64,000 bases of DNA, taken from assembly GCF_009834535.1 (NCBI RefSeq), contig NC_045696.1, positions 92,382,001 through 92,446,000 on the forward strand, written 5' to 3'. This document shows, piece by piece, positions 1 to 12,439 of this stretch. The position numbers and the translations under genes are program-made. How positions within the stretch are numbered: position 1 is the first letter of the stretch; each line of letters begins with the position of its first letter. The stretch is from Camelus ferus (Eukaryota). The notes under the pieces are model-generated. The model did no database searches, was not told the origin of the DNA, and saw nothing but the letters and a program-made list of their open reading frames with translations.

Positions 1-740
1 CTGTCTCCCCCACAGGACCAAGTAAAGCACTATGCAGAGCAAGCCCTCCTCACCCTATAAATAATTGAGAGAAGACAGTAAGGAAGCTTAGGGAGGAAGG
101 GAGGAAGGAGGGGCTATGGGAAGATGCCAAAATCTTGGATAAACTTGAGTCCTTTCAAAAAAAATAATAAAGAGAAAGAAAATCCCGCAGGTTCCAGTTT
201 CCCACAGCCTGCTCACTTCCAAATAACTGCGCGAATAACTGCCCCCACGTCTGCACCTCTTGTGTGTAGACAAGTGTCCACCTTTAGTACCTGCCTCAAA
301 GACAGTCAAAGAGCTGAGGCCAGAGGAACACCCACAGCACAAGCCTCTCTTTCTGGCTGCCTGCAGGGCGCCTTCCCAGACCTGATGCCACTAGGATCCT
401 GCCAGTAAGCCGGGGGCTTGGGGACTTACCCACCCCAGTGAGCTCACCTTCACCGCGTTCAGGGGGCAGAAGGTCGCAGGGGCTCAGAAATTAGATATCG
501 GTTGGCTGTGAGAATGCTCCTTCCTCCTAAATTGGTGCTAATGGGCCACATGCTTATTAAGCTGGGGGAAATTAGATTTCAAATATGTAATTTTGGAGGA
601 CTTGTGTGACCTTCCATTGTCACACCATAGGATTTGGAGGAGTTATCACTATTATTATGTCAGGTTCAAATAAGCCCCACAAATGATGATAAAAAATGTA
701 GACGTTAGATGTACTACAGATGTAGATATGATGTAGCTGC

Positions 741-1127
741 TGCTATGGGCTGAATTGGGTTCCCCCCCCCCTCAAATTCATATTTTAAAGTCCAAACCCC
801 CGGTACCTCAGAATGTGACTTTATTGAAGATAGGGTCTTTACAGAGGTAATGGAGGTAAAACGAGGTGGGCCCTAATCCCATATGACTGGTATTCTTATA
901 AGATAAGGAGGTTAAAGACACACGCAGAAGGAAGATCCTATGAAGACACTGAGAGAAAGAAGCCACCCCAGGAGCAATCCAAGCAGAGAGGCCTCAGAAG
1001 AAATCAACCCGACTGACGCCTTGATCTTGGACTTCTAACCTCCAGAAATGTGAAAAAAATAAATTTCTCTTGTTTCAGCCACCCAATCTGTGGTGTTTTG
1101 TTATGACAGCCCTAACAAACTAATACA
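741..1127 (+). mobile_element. MaLR solo LTR, MLT1B-like
   Basis: Starts TGCTATGGGCTGAATTG and ends CCCTAACAAACTAATACA. Internal text follows the recalled MLT1B consensus (GTACCTCAGAATGTGAC, GGGCCCTAATCC, CCTTGATCTTGGACTTC, AATAAATTTC). Decayed 5-bp TSD GCTGC/GCTAT. Confidence 0.9.
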
Positions 1128-1884
1128 GCTATAAACATTGATGGTTATTATTTTAATTCATAAGGATTAAATTACTGGTCAAGAGAAACTACTGAAATTC
1201 TCTAAAAAATCCTCCTAAAAGTATTATTAGATCCATGATAGATATCATTACCAGGCCATGCTACACATCCTAAGCACATATTACAACTCCAAAGAAGAGT
1301 TCCAAATACAACCATTTATTCCTCTCCACAAGGTCATGAAGCCTCTCCATGGCGACTCTTGATACAAGAGATGGTGGTTTTCAAGGCACTTCTAAAACCT
1401 GTTCTTAATGACCTTCTTATTCTACCAGCTTTCCCTTTTAAGAGCTTCTTTATCCTGGGCATCCAGGATTAAGTGTCGTGAGGTGATGGAGAGAGGCCGG
1501 CACCCGCAGGCCTAGGCCCGGGCCTCAAACCCAGCTTGGTCACTTTGCCTGTGCCCTCAGGTGTCACTATCGCTCTCTACGCCCCTGCCCTTTCACCTGA
1601 AGTATGAGAGGGGGACGTATTTATTTCCAGGATCCTCTCTTGTCCTGTAAGGTTCCAGGAGGTGCTTTTTCAGAAAGATGTGGAGGTTGCAAGATTACAC
1701 AGAGTTAAATTATCACTTATTCTGCATTTGCTCCTGGATTTCAGCTGATCTCTATTCATTACTGGGTATTTGGAATTCCATAGCATTTATCAAAGGGTCA
1801 TTGGGTCATGATGACAGAGCTGGTTAGGAAGAGACCACAGGTGCTTAACTTGCATCCTACCTTCTCATGCTTGTCATAGTCTTC

Positions 1885-2110
1885 GTGGTAATGTGGGAGC
1901 ACTCAAGACTGTGGGGTCAGTTGGAGCCGGGTGTGAATCCCAGCTCTGCTCTGGGTCCTCCTTGCCGTGTGCCACTGCATGGGATGCTGAACCATCCTGT
2001 GCCCCTATCCTCAAAGAAAAGCAGGCTGCCAAAACACGCCTCTCCGGATGACTGCGGGAATGGCATGAAATGGTGCTTGGCCCACGGTAGGCACTTGGTA
2101 ACTGCTAAGT
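1885..2110 (+). mobile_element. Degraded MIR SINE
   Basis: GGGTGTGAATCCCAGCTCTG B-box-like segment and 3' GTGCTTGGCCCACGGTAGGCACT resemble the MIR consensus. Confidence 0.55.
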
Positions 2111-2194
2111 ATCCATCTCGACTGATTAAAGGCAGGGCTGTCGGGAAGTCATGAATCTCCTCCCAAACAAGCTCACCCAGAGACCTCAGCAATT

Positions 2195-2445
2195 ACTAAC
2201 ATCAGTGACACGCAGCACATCTTATATCCCAGGAACCCTTAAAAACACTTTACATATAGTAACTCACTTAATTCTCACATAATCCCAAGGGGAGGTGCTC
2301 TGTTATCAACTCTATTCTACAGGTGACCAAACATGAGACACAGAGAAGTTAAGTAACTTGCCCAAGGTGACACAGGCAGGAAAATGAGACCTAGGATTTC
2401 CCTCGGGTAGCCTGCCTCCAGAGACTTGGTTCTGAACCCCTGTGA
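2195..2445 (-). mobile_element. MIR SINE
   Basis: Reverse-complement MIR core: ACAGAGAAGTTAAGTAACTTGCCCAAGGTGACACAG, plus CACTTTACATATAGTAACTCACTTAATTCTCAC. Confidence 0.9.
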
Positions 2446-3861
2446 GTACTGCCCCTCACTGAGACCACTTCCTGTGAGAAGGGCCATAAATCGTGCCATC
2501 TTATGTATATAATTTGAAGGAAATCCTGGTCTTATAAGGAGTGAGGGAAAGAAATTCCATATTGAAAGTCTAAACATTTCAGAACAATTAAATCAGCTGT
2601 GCTTGGTAGTTTTTTGAGTATACCTTCTTATCAACCTTTTCAAATACTACATAATACTTAATTACTATTGCTCAAGAAAAAAAATTTTTCCCAATTAACA
2701 CGGCAAATTTCTGATTGATTCGATTTCTTACAAATAAAGTCAGACTCAAATGCTTTGTGCTGAGTCTGCTTAGAACTTGTAGTTTATACTCCACTGGAAA
2801 TCACAGCCAGTAGGAGCCAGGAAACATTCAATTAGTCAGCCAGGCAAAACTGGATTCATTCAAAACAGAAAAGAATCTGCTAATATCTGAAGAATTTTAA
2901 ACATGCAAATGTACAGATGGCAAGCCACTTTGTATCTATCATTTGTGATTAAAAGAAAAATTGTTAGGACAAGAGTTTGCTACGTACATTTGGGTTTGGA
3001 GAACAATTTATTACATTCTGACAATTGAACCAGCCATGAACACGAGCATGGGCCCACATTTGCATAGGTACAGGTTTTGGAATAACAGAGAAAGTAAAAC
3101 GGAGAGGCCAAACTGAAAACACTCAAGGCTCTGCTGAATAGAAGAAACTTCCAGATGTCTACCCTTCTCCTTCCCTGGAAGAAAAGTTTCAACAGAGAAC
3201 CCCCTACCAGGAACCCAGAGGACAAGCTCAATATAAATTTTCTCATACCACCAGCCACAAGTCCAAAACCAAATATAATTAAAGGATAGTTAAGCTTTTC
3301 AGTCAACACTTGAACTATACCCACAGCCACTGATAAATACTTCCTTAATTTGAAACTTCTGACACATCAGATGTATCAGCAAGACCTCCAGTATTTACCC
3401 ATCACTTTATACACTCAAGGCCAGCGCCACAGTGCTACAGGGAGCAGATGTGAAAGATAAGAAATTCACAATTCAGATTATTTTGTTCAGGCCTCTTCAT
3501 GGTAAGCAATTTCTCATAAGCTTGTCTGGAATCTGGATATAGATCTGTGAGGAAACAGGGACATGAGGTCTATTTATTTATTTTTTTAACAAATGTCATG
3601 AGTTCTTCCTAAATTATTAGCCACTAGTGTAATTTCTACCATTGCGTTATAATATTACAAGCTGGTCAGAAATATTTGCCATGTCTTTGGATAAAAGAGT
3701 TTCCATAAAGAGCTTAAGTCACAGAGAATTTATTTTCAAAGATAATTAGAATTATTATATTTCATCTAATTTAAGACACCATTAAGACACATTTTGTACA
3801 CCACTAAAATAAAAACTGTGGCCAACTAATTATGACACAATGCTTTTTTTATCCTTCAAAC

Positions 3862-4266
3862 TTTTTTTTTTAACATTTTTCATTGAGTTATAATCATTTT
3901 ATAATATTGTGTCAAATTTCAATGAAGAGCATAATTTTTCAGTTATACATGAACATATATATATTCATTGCCACATTTTTTTCTCTGTGAGCTACTATAA
4001 GATCTTGTATATATTTCCCTGTGCTATACATTATAATCTTGTTTATCTATTCTACATTTTGAAATCCCAGTCTGTCCCTTCCCACCCCCCGCTCCCTTGG
4101 CAACCACAAGTTTGTATTCTGTGTCTATGAGTCTGTTTCTGTTTTGTATTTATGCTTTTGTTTTGGTTCCACATATGAGTGATCTCATATGGTATTTTTC
4201 TTTCTCTTTCTGGCTTACTTCACTTAGAATGACATGCAACAACATGGATGTTCCCTGGAGAGTGCC
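3862..4266 (-). mobile_element. Young lineage-specific L1, 5'-truncated, with 5' inversion
   Basis: Poly-T, then the reverse complement of the L1 3' end seen at 9330-9700, up to 4234. Bases 4235-4266 are L1 in the opposite orientation. TSD ATCCTTCAAA(C/T)TTTT at 3851-3865 and 4267-4281, followed by AA. Confidence 0.92.
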
Positions 4267-5849
4267 ATCCTTCAAATTTTTAATTTTAGATTTATTGAAA
4301 GGGTCTTTTTCACCTTAGGTAGATTTTCCACCCAGAATTTCACTCTTGTACCTACATACAATGGAAAATGTAAGGGGAATAAATTGGTTACAGTACTCCC
4401 CAATCTGATGCTTCTGGATGTTTTACTCAGAATCATCCATGTCCACATCTTTCCACTCGGTCATCTTTTGTGTTGGTAATGCAGGGTTTAAAAACAAACA
4501 AACAAACAAAGATCAAAAAACATGCTCAACTCTAATCTCTGGAAGTCTTTCCTAAGTTGTTGACACCTACTCTGAAACATGTGACGCACGCTACAGGCAC
4601 TGACAACCTCATCATGATGGTCATGTAGCCAGCAGTGATTAGAGATCAAGTCACTATTTCAGAAAAAATAAACAACCAACAAAAAACAACTATGTGCTTC
4701 AAAGAATTGATGACTTCTAAGATAGGATATTATAAACTCTTACTTCATGGCAATTTAAATCAAAAATACTGTAGAAGGGAGGGAGGGACACAGGGAGGGA
4801 GGGAGGTAAGCTTTTTTGACCACCCACTGTGTGCCAGGCATTGTGCCAAAGGCTTCTACATTCATTATCTCATTCCAGAAGAAAGGAAGAAAAAAAATTT
4901 AGCCTCTGTTAAGCATCTAAATTAATTGTGCTCTCAACTATGTATTCTATAGGTGGAGTTAGTTACATAAGCATTCATCCTCACCCTTGCAAAACTGGGA
5001 TGTAAACCAGACTCTGAAAGATCATTCTACATAAAGTCACTCTTGCCCAGTATGGCTGAGAAAAATAAGCAACCTGAAGGTCTTTCAAAAAATATGTTAA
5101 CAAGTAAAGATGTACTTGTTTCAGTTCAAATTTGTTGGTCTTCTTCGGGTGAGAAAAGCCATTATTACACACGTCACTCTACAGCACAATATCTAATACA
5201 TTTGTATGAAAGATGTATTCTCTCACGTCTTTGGTCTGTTCATTTTCAAAGGGGAGGTGTTGTAAAAAAAGCCAATCTAAGATCCTGTGGGATTCCTTCT
5301 CATTTAAGTCTTTCCCTGTGGCAGATCACAGGAAGTTCGTGTAGGAGATGCTTCAAGCTTTTGTTACACTTAAAATGAAACTCATTTTGGAGGATGTAAA
5401 TATCAAGTTCTCACCTTAGGTTCTATCAAGGGCTGTATTGTATGACGTTTTTATAATTTATACACATTACTCTTGTAAGTAAAATAAAATAAAAATTTTA
5501 AGTTATTTTATCTATTATAAACTTATCACAAATTCAGTGAAGAGGAGACAGGGATTCATGGAGGCATGAAGGGAAAAATGTCATGCATTTATCCAGACAT
5601 CCAATTTTTAACATTTTTGTCAATGTCTTCTTGGTTTGGGATTTTTTCTTTTCTACACGTAGTTCTGTGGTGGTCGTTATCAGTGCTGTTGTTCTATATA
5701 TATGAATCCTATTCAAGGTACGTATCAGCTACCTCATGCCAATCATTTGGCATTTGTTCATTTGTCTTTTCATTTTTGGACATTATCTATCCTAAAATCA
5801 ATTATGTGCCATTGCTATGCATTGATCATCCCATCAACAGCTATTTTTC

Positions 5850-6500
5850 ATGGTTCAGTTTATAAGTTCTATGAGGCAAAGAAATGGAGGACTCAGCCCC
5901 TCCTCAGGGCTCCCTGCCTGGATGGGGAGTGTGCAGACATTCAGTGATGACTACTGGCTACTGAATATATCAGAATAAGTGAGAACAAGTGGTACAGCTG
6001 ATACTCTAGAGGAAGACGGAGCGCTCACTGTGGGTTTTGGCAGTTAAGAGAAACTATGGTGGTGTCAGAAAACATCTGGGCCTTAAGTACAGAGAAGAAC
6101 CCAGGCAAGGAAAGGGCAGAGGGGAGAGACACTACTTCAGCAGAGGAAGCAGCCTTAGCAAAGAAGGGGAGGCTGAGGGGCCTATTGGGGAATAATGAGT
6201 AACCCACTTTGGATGGAGCTTTGATTGAAGATGGGAGTTATGTAAGAAATGAGGCAAAACACATGTACATAAGTCAACTGGAGTCTGTGGAGAATAGCCT
6301 GGAATAAAAGTCTGGGTGAAAACTCCCTCTTCAGAGCACCTGGGAGAGGCTGAAGGTAGAAAGATCATCAAGGATTCTGGTCCAGGGTGAGGAGGGTAAG
6401 CAGTATTTTTGGATGCTCCATCTGGAAGCGTCCGCCTGGAGGTTTAAGAAGCTCACTCAGTACAGGAAGATCGGGAGGAGATGACTGGACTCAGCCAGCC
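5850..6500 (-). mobile_element. L2 fragments
   Basis: Purine-rich decayed text typical of reverse-complement L2 (CAGCCCCTCCTCAGGGCTCCCTGCCTGGATGGGGAG; GCCTGGAGGTTTAAGAAG). Confidence 0.45.
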
Positions 6501-6554
6501 ATAAGGTAAAACCTGCTGATGGAGGGCTGTACTTCCTACTGCCAGTGCTAATAG

Positions 6555-6835
6555 ATGGGGAAATGTTCACAATGCACTGTGAGCTGAAAAACGGTGCACC
6601 AAATCATACGTACAGTGTGAGCCTATTTTGACAGAAGCAAAAATCATCTCTACAGAGCAACAAAAAGATACACCAAATATATTTGGTATAATGGATATAT
6701 CTGATATACCCAAATATTATCAGTAGTTTCCTGTGGGTGGTGCTACTACAGGTAACTTTTATTTTCTTTATTTTGATAGTATATGATTTTCTGCTATGAG
6801 TACATACTACTTTTGTATTATGGAACAAAAAAAGT
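6555..6835 (+). mobile_element. Old L1 3' UTR fragment (L1ME-like)
   Basis: GGAAATGTTCACAATG...ATACCCAAATATTATCAGTAGTTTCCTGTGGGTGG...CAGGTAACTTTTATTTTC resembles L1ME 3' ends. Confidence 0.6.
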
Positions 6836-7450
6836 GGTACCCAGAAAAAAGAAATGATTCTTGAAACATGAGGAGCCTGTAGGTATCTTTATTGTGGAGG
6901 AAAGACTTATTTTTTCTTTCACACACCCAGTACTGTGGGATAAACGTTCCTAAGCTGACCCAGCTTAATTTTTAACAAATGAGTATCCAGGAGCATTATC
7001 CAGAATGTGACCATTAAGCTTTGCTGACTGATGTGGAGGAAAACCTAGCAAATTAAATTACTGTTTGTTTCTCTATAGATCTGATATGGATTCCTGCTGG
7101 GGAGGCAAGCAAGGAGTGTTCTGATATACTAAGGCAGCAATAATTAACCATGGGATATTAAAGGGACTTTAAAAAGTTTACAATAGCCAAGACATGGAAG
7201 CGTCCTAAATGTCCATCAACAGATGACTGGATAAAAGTGTTGTGGTACATTTATACAATAGAATACTACTCAGGCATAAAAAAAGAATGAAATAATGCCA
7301 TTTACAGCAACATGGATGGACCTAGAGATTATCATACTAAGTGAAGTAAGTCAGATAGAGAATAACAAATATCATGATATCACTTATATGTGGAATCTTT
7401 TTAAAAAAATGACAAAAATGAATTTATTTACAAAACAGAAACAGACTCTC

Positions 7451-9710
7451 AGGGAACATATCTCAACATAATAAAAGCAATATATGACAAACCTACAGCC
7501 AGCATAGTACTCAACGGTGAAAAACTCAATACTTCCCACTAAAATCTGGGACAAGACAAGGATGCCCACCATCACCACTCATATTCTACATAGTCTTGGA
7601 AGTCCTAGCCACAGCAATCAGGTAAGAGAGAGAAATAAAAGGGATCCAAATTGGAAAAGAAGATGTAAAAGTGTCACTATATGCAGATGACATGATACTA
7701 TATATAAAAAACCCCAAAAGGTCCACACAAAAACTACTACAGCTGATCAAAGAATTCAGCAAGGTAGCAGGTTACAAGATTAACGTTCAAAAATCAGTTG
7801 CATTTCTTTACACTAATGATGAATCAACAGAAAAAGAAAATAAAGAAACAATCCCCTTTAAAATAGCACCCAAAGTAATAAAATACATAGGAATAAATCT
7901 AACAAAGGAGGTGAAAAACTTATACATGGACAACTATAAACCATTGATGAAAGAAATTAAAGAAGACTTAAAAAAATAAAAAGATATCCCATGCTCCTGG
8001 ATTGGAAGAATCAATATTGTTAAAATGGTCATACTGCCCAAGGCAATCTACAGATTTAATGCAATCCCTATCAAATTACCCAGGACATATTTCACAGAAC
8101 TAGAACAAATCATAATACAATTTATATGGAACCACAAAAGACCTAGAACTGTCAAAGCATTACTGAAGAGAAAGAAAGAGGCTGGAGGAATAACTCTCCC
8201 AGACTTCAGACAATACTACAGAGCTACAGTCATCAAGACAGCATGGCATTGGTACCAAAAACAGACATATAGACCAATGGAACAGAATAGAGAGCCCAGA
8301 AATGAACCCACAAACTTTTGGTCAACTAATCTTCGACAAAGGAGGCAAGAATATACAACAGAATAAAGACAGTCTCTTCAGCAAATGGTGTTGGGAAAAC
8401 TGGACAGCAGCATGTAAAGCAATGAAGCTAGAACACTCCCTTACACCACACACAAAAATAAACACAAAATGGATCAAAGACTTAAACATAAAACAAGATA
8501 TAATAAACCTCCTAGAAGAAAATATAGGCAAAACATTATCTGACATACATCTCAAAAATGTTCTCCTAGGGCAGTCTACCCAAGCAATAGAAATAAAAGC
8601 AAGAATAAACAAATGGGACCTAATGAAACTTACAAGCTTCTGCACAGCAAAGGAAACCATAAGTAAAACAAAAGACAACCTACAGAATGGGAGAAAATTT
8701 TTGCAAATGAAACTGACAAAGACTTGATCTCCAGAACATATAAGCAGCTCATAAGACTTAATAAGAAAAAACAAATAACCCAATCCAAAAATGGGCTAAA
8801 AGACCTAAACAAGTAATTCTCCAAGGAAGACATACAAATGATCAATAGGTACATGAAAAAATGCTCAATATCACTAATTATCAGAGAAATGCAAATCAAA
8901 ACTACAATAAGGTATCACCTCACACCAGTCAGAATGGCCATCAGTCAAAAGTCCACAATGACAAATGCTGGAGAAGCTGTGGAGAAAAAGGAACCCTTCT
9001 ACACTGCTGGTGGGAATGCAGTTTGGTACAGCCACTGTGGAAAACAGTATGGAGATTCCTCAAAAGACTAGGAATAGACTTACCATATGACCCAGGAATC
9101 CTGTTCCTGGGCATATATCCAGAAGGAACCCTACTTCAAAATGACACCTGCACCCCAATGTTCATAGAAGCACTATTTATAATAGCCAAGACAGGAAACA
9201 GCCTAAATGTCCATCAGCAGGTGACTGGATAAAGAAGATGTGGTATATTTATATAATGGAATACTATTCAGCCATAAAAACCGACAACATAACGCCATTT
9301 GCAGCAACATGGATGTTCCTAGAGAATGTCATTCTAAGTGAAGTAAGCCAGAAAGAGAAAGAAAAATACCATATGAGATTGCTCATATGTAGACTCTAAA
9401 AAAAAAAAAAAAATACAAAACAGAAACAGACTCATAGACACAGAATACAAACTTGTGGTTGCCAAGAGGGTTGGGAGTGGGAAAGGAGAGACTGGGATTT
9501 CAAAATTATAGAATAGATAAACAAGATTATACCGTATAGCACAGGGAAACGTATATAAGATCTTGTGGTAGCTCACAGCGAAAAAAAATGTGACAATGAA
9601 TATATGTATGCTCATGTCATACATACATAACTGAAAAATTATTCTCTACACTGGAATTTGACACAACATTGTAAAATGACTATAACTCGATAAAAAAATA
9701 TTAAAAAAAA
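7451..9710 (+). mobile_element. Young 5'-truncated L1 (about 2.3 kb)
   Basis: Continuous L1 ORF2 3' half, 3' UTR and A-rich tail at 9691-9710. Highly similar to the copy at 50627-51541. Confidence 0.97.
7452..9399 (+). pseudogene. Disrupted L1 ORF2p C-terminal half (reverse transcriptase and Cys-rich domain)
   Basis: ORF fragments [10 protein letters not shown] (RT catalytic motif), [50 protein letters not shown] and [18 protein letters not shown] (zinc knuckle), ending KEKEKYHMRLLICRL-stop at 9397-9399. Broken by stops and frameshifts. Confidence 0.95.
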
Positions 9711-10047
9711 AGAGAGGAGGAGATAAGAATCCCTACAAAGGCCTGAGATGAACAACCAGTGAATAGGAGGAACATAAGAAATGTGGCATCCTAGAGGTCA
9801 AATGAAGTATACCAGTGAGATGGGGTAATGGGATTAAGAGACACAAACTGCTATGCATAAAATAAATAAGCAACAAGGATATGCTGTACAGCACAGGGAA
9901 ATAGAACCATTGTTTTGCAATAACTTTAAATGAAGCATAATATATAACAATATTGAACCACAATACTGTACATCTGAAGCCAATATAGTATTGTAAATCA
10001 ACCATATGTCAATAAAAAAGAATTTAAAAATAAATAAATAAATAACC
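9711..10047 (+). other. 3'-transduced flank carried by the L1 at 7451-9710
   Basis: Lies between the L1 A-tail and the second TSD copy (10051-10063). Contains about 110 bp of L2-like sequence, then an older L1 3' end with AATAAA at 10011-10016 and an (AAAT)n tail. Confidence 0.8.
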
Positions 10048-11002
10048 AACCAGAAACAGACTCACGGACATAGAAAACAAATTTATGGTTACCAAAGGGG
10101 AACCAGGGCACGGATAAATTAGGAGTTTGGGATTAGCAGATACAAACTACTATATACACAATAGATTAAAAAAAACAAAAACAAAAAAATAAAAAAATCC
10201 AAACTCCTACTGTATACCATGGGGAACTATATTCAGTAACTGGCAATAACATATAATTAAAAAGAACATTAAAAAGAATATGTATATACATATACAACTG
10301 ACTCATTTTGCTGTACACCAGAAACTGACACAACATTGTAAATCAACTATACTTCAATTTAAAAAATTAAAATAAAGTTTAAAAAATAAAGGGATATTTG
10401 GTAAGAGTGACAATGAAGTCTACCAACCTAAGCCTGGCTGACCCTCCCTGGAGTTGGCTTCTACTGAAGGAAAGGGAACCTATACAAGTTTCATAGTTAA
10501 TTTAAACAATGTGAGCTGAGCTCCTTAGGAGAAAAGGACGTGTCTCAATCCATCCAATCACACAGCTGTGCAGAGAGGTGCTTTACTAATTCCCATTGAC
10601 TGAATAAATGGGTTTATACCAACCCCTGGAATAATACCAGAACTGGGTGGAAATTGGCTATATGGAAATTGAACCCTTATGTTGAAACTTCTAAGACATC
10701 TCTAATAACTGTGGTTTGTCCCCAGTATTCTGCATTCACCCTTCACCCTACCTCCTACTTGTTTTTTACACTGTTTCATGATAATGAAATGAGAGAAGAG
10801 GGGAGCAATATAATGTGGTATTTCTGTGTAGATGTTAGAAATATTGGCAAAGGAGTAGAAATGAGGAGGGGATGGGGAAAGGGAAAAAACTGTAATCCAA
10901 ATCAAATATAGGGGAAGACTGGAATAGAGGCACAAAGCTTGAGCATAATCTGCTGACTGAACTCCATAGGGAGGTACCTGGTCAGGTTTGGGAAAACATC
11001 AG

Positions 11003-11436
11003 TGTATCACTTTGGCTGTCATCAAAAAGATCACAAACTTGGTGGCTTAAAATAATGAAAATGATCTCACAGTTCTAGAGGCCAGCTGAAGTCAAGGTAT
11101 CAGTGGGGCTATGCTACCTCCAAAGGCTGCAGGGGACAATTCAGTTCTTGCCTCTCCAGCCTTGTGACCACACTACTCCAGTCTCTGACTCCACCTTCAA
11201 ATGGCCTTTTCCTCCGCATGTGTGCATCTTCTACTCTTCTGTCTCTTATAAGGACACTTGTCATTGGATCTAGGGTCCAGGTAAGTAATCCAGGGTTATG
11301 TCATTCCAAGATTAAAGATCTTGGAATCTTCATTACATTTTGCTAAGATACTTTTTCCAAATAAGGTCATATTCATAGCTTTCAGGGAATAGGATGCAGA
11401 CATATATTTTAGGGGGCTACCATTCAACTGACTACA
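11003..11436 (-). mobile_element. MaLR solo LTR, MLT1C-like
   Basis: TGTA...CACAAACTTGGTGGCTTAAAA...CTCACAGTTCTAGAGGC...CTTATAAGGACACTTGTCATTGGAT...CCAAATAAGGTCATATTC...CCATTCAACTGACTACA. TSD ATCAG/GTCAG. Confidence 0.88.
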
Positions 11437-12439
11437 GTCAGCTTGGAAAAAGCATGAGTTAAATGGAAGTGGGGGGATGATGGGGGGAGGAGAAGGCAGT
11501 AGACTAGTTTTGCTTTTCAATCTGACAAGAGAACAACACTGAAGATACAACAGAACAGACCAAGACTGTATACAAATGTAAACCCATTCATTTGTAGGTT
11601 TGAGCAGCTCTCATCAGAGAGTGGTTTCTTTGATGGGATGAGAAGAGAGGAACAAGAAGAATTCTCATAGGTCAAGTAAGGGAGGGGGTGCTGCCCAGGC
11701 CCCACAAAGGAGCTCTTTGCCCAGGGCCAACAGGACGGGCTCAGGCACAGAGATCACTCACAAAGGATCCACATGAAAGGATAATCAGTCACCATACCCA
11801 TGGTGAGAATGGAACGGCCACTACATAGAGGGCTTCTCACTGGCTTTGGGTGGTAAGATAATGGCACATGGACTATTTGGGAGGTAGAAGCAGCAATGAC
11901 ACGAGTCAGATGGCAATGAAACAAGTAGGATGGAAGCTATGAGGCATGTAAGCTATGATGGAAATAGCAAGGCGATGATGAAACCTGGAGAGACAGTTGG
12001 CTTGTTATTATTTTTACCACATTCTTGATCCAGAGTACCCCCCATTTTTTTATTTATCCTTCTTTTTGGTAAAAGTTTGAGCCTTCATGTCAGCAGAGGT
12101 AGATATTGGAATTTAGTAGTCATAGAATTATGTGGTCCAGGACTCAAGCATCTCAAATTCAAATGGAAGTTGAGTTCCAGACTGAGTTATGTAAACAAAG
12201 GCTTTCAGTCATATGACCCATGATGAGACCAGGGAGCTGGGAATGACATTAAATTCAAAAGGACTGAGCACTTTTCATTAAAAAAGAAGTTTGGAATCTC
12301 AACAATTTAAGACAGATGGTCAGGGGATTGATTCAGCATAATGATCACTGAGATCAAATTGGACCAGTCTCTAAAATGAAAGAATAGTTCTAAAAATACT
12401 AAACCAAAGTACTTTCCATTTCCTGCAGATTATTTACAG

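Larger units (their letters stand above)
7177..10390 (+). mobile_element. Older L1 3' end (host element), split into 7177-7450 and 10051-10390 by a younger L1
   Basis: ACAATAGCCAAGACATGGAAG...ACAAAACAGAAACAGACTC resumes at CAGAAACAGACTCACGGACATAGAAAACAAA...AATCAACTATACTTCAAT plus an A-rich tail. The joined halves are colinear with the uninterrupted relative at 53140-53669. Confidence 0.9.

Noticed and set aside
7671..9232. Reverse transcriptase ORFs as a novel retron-like or domesticated RT system
   Set aside because: This is ordinary L1 ORF2, 5'-truncated and broken by stops and frameshifts.
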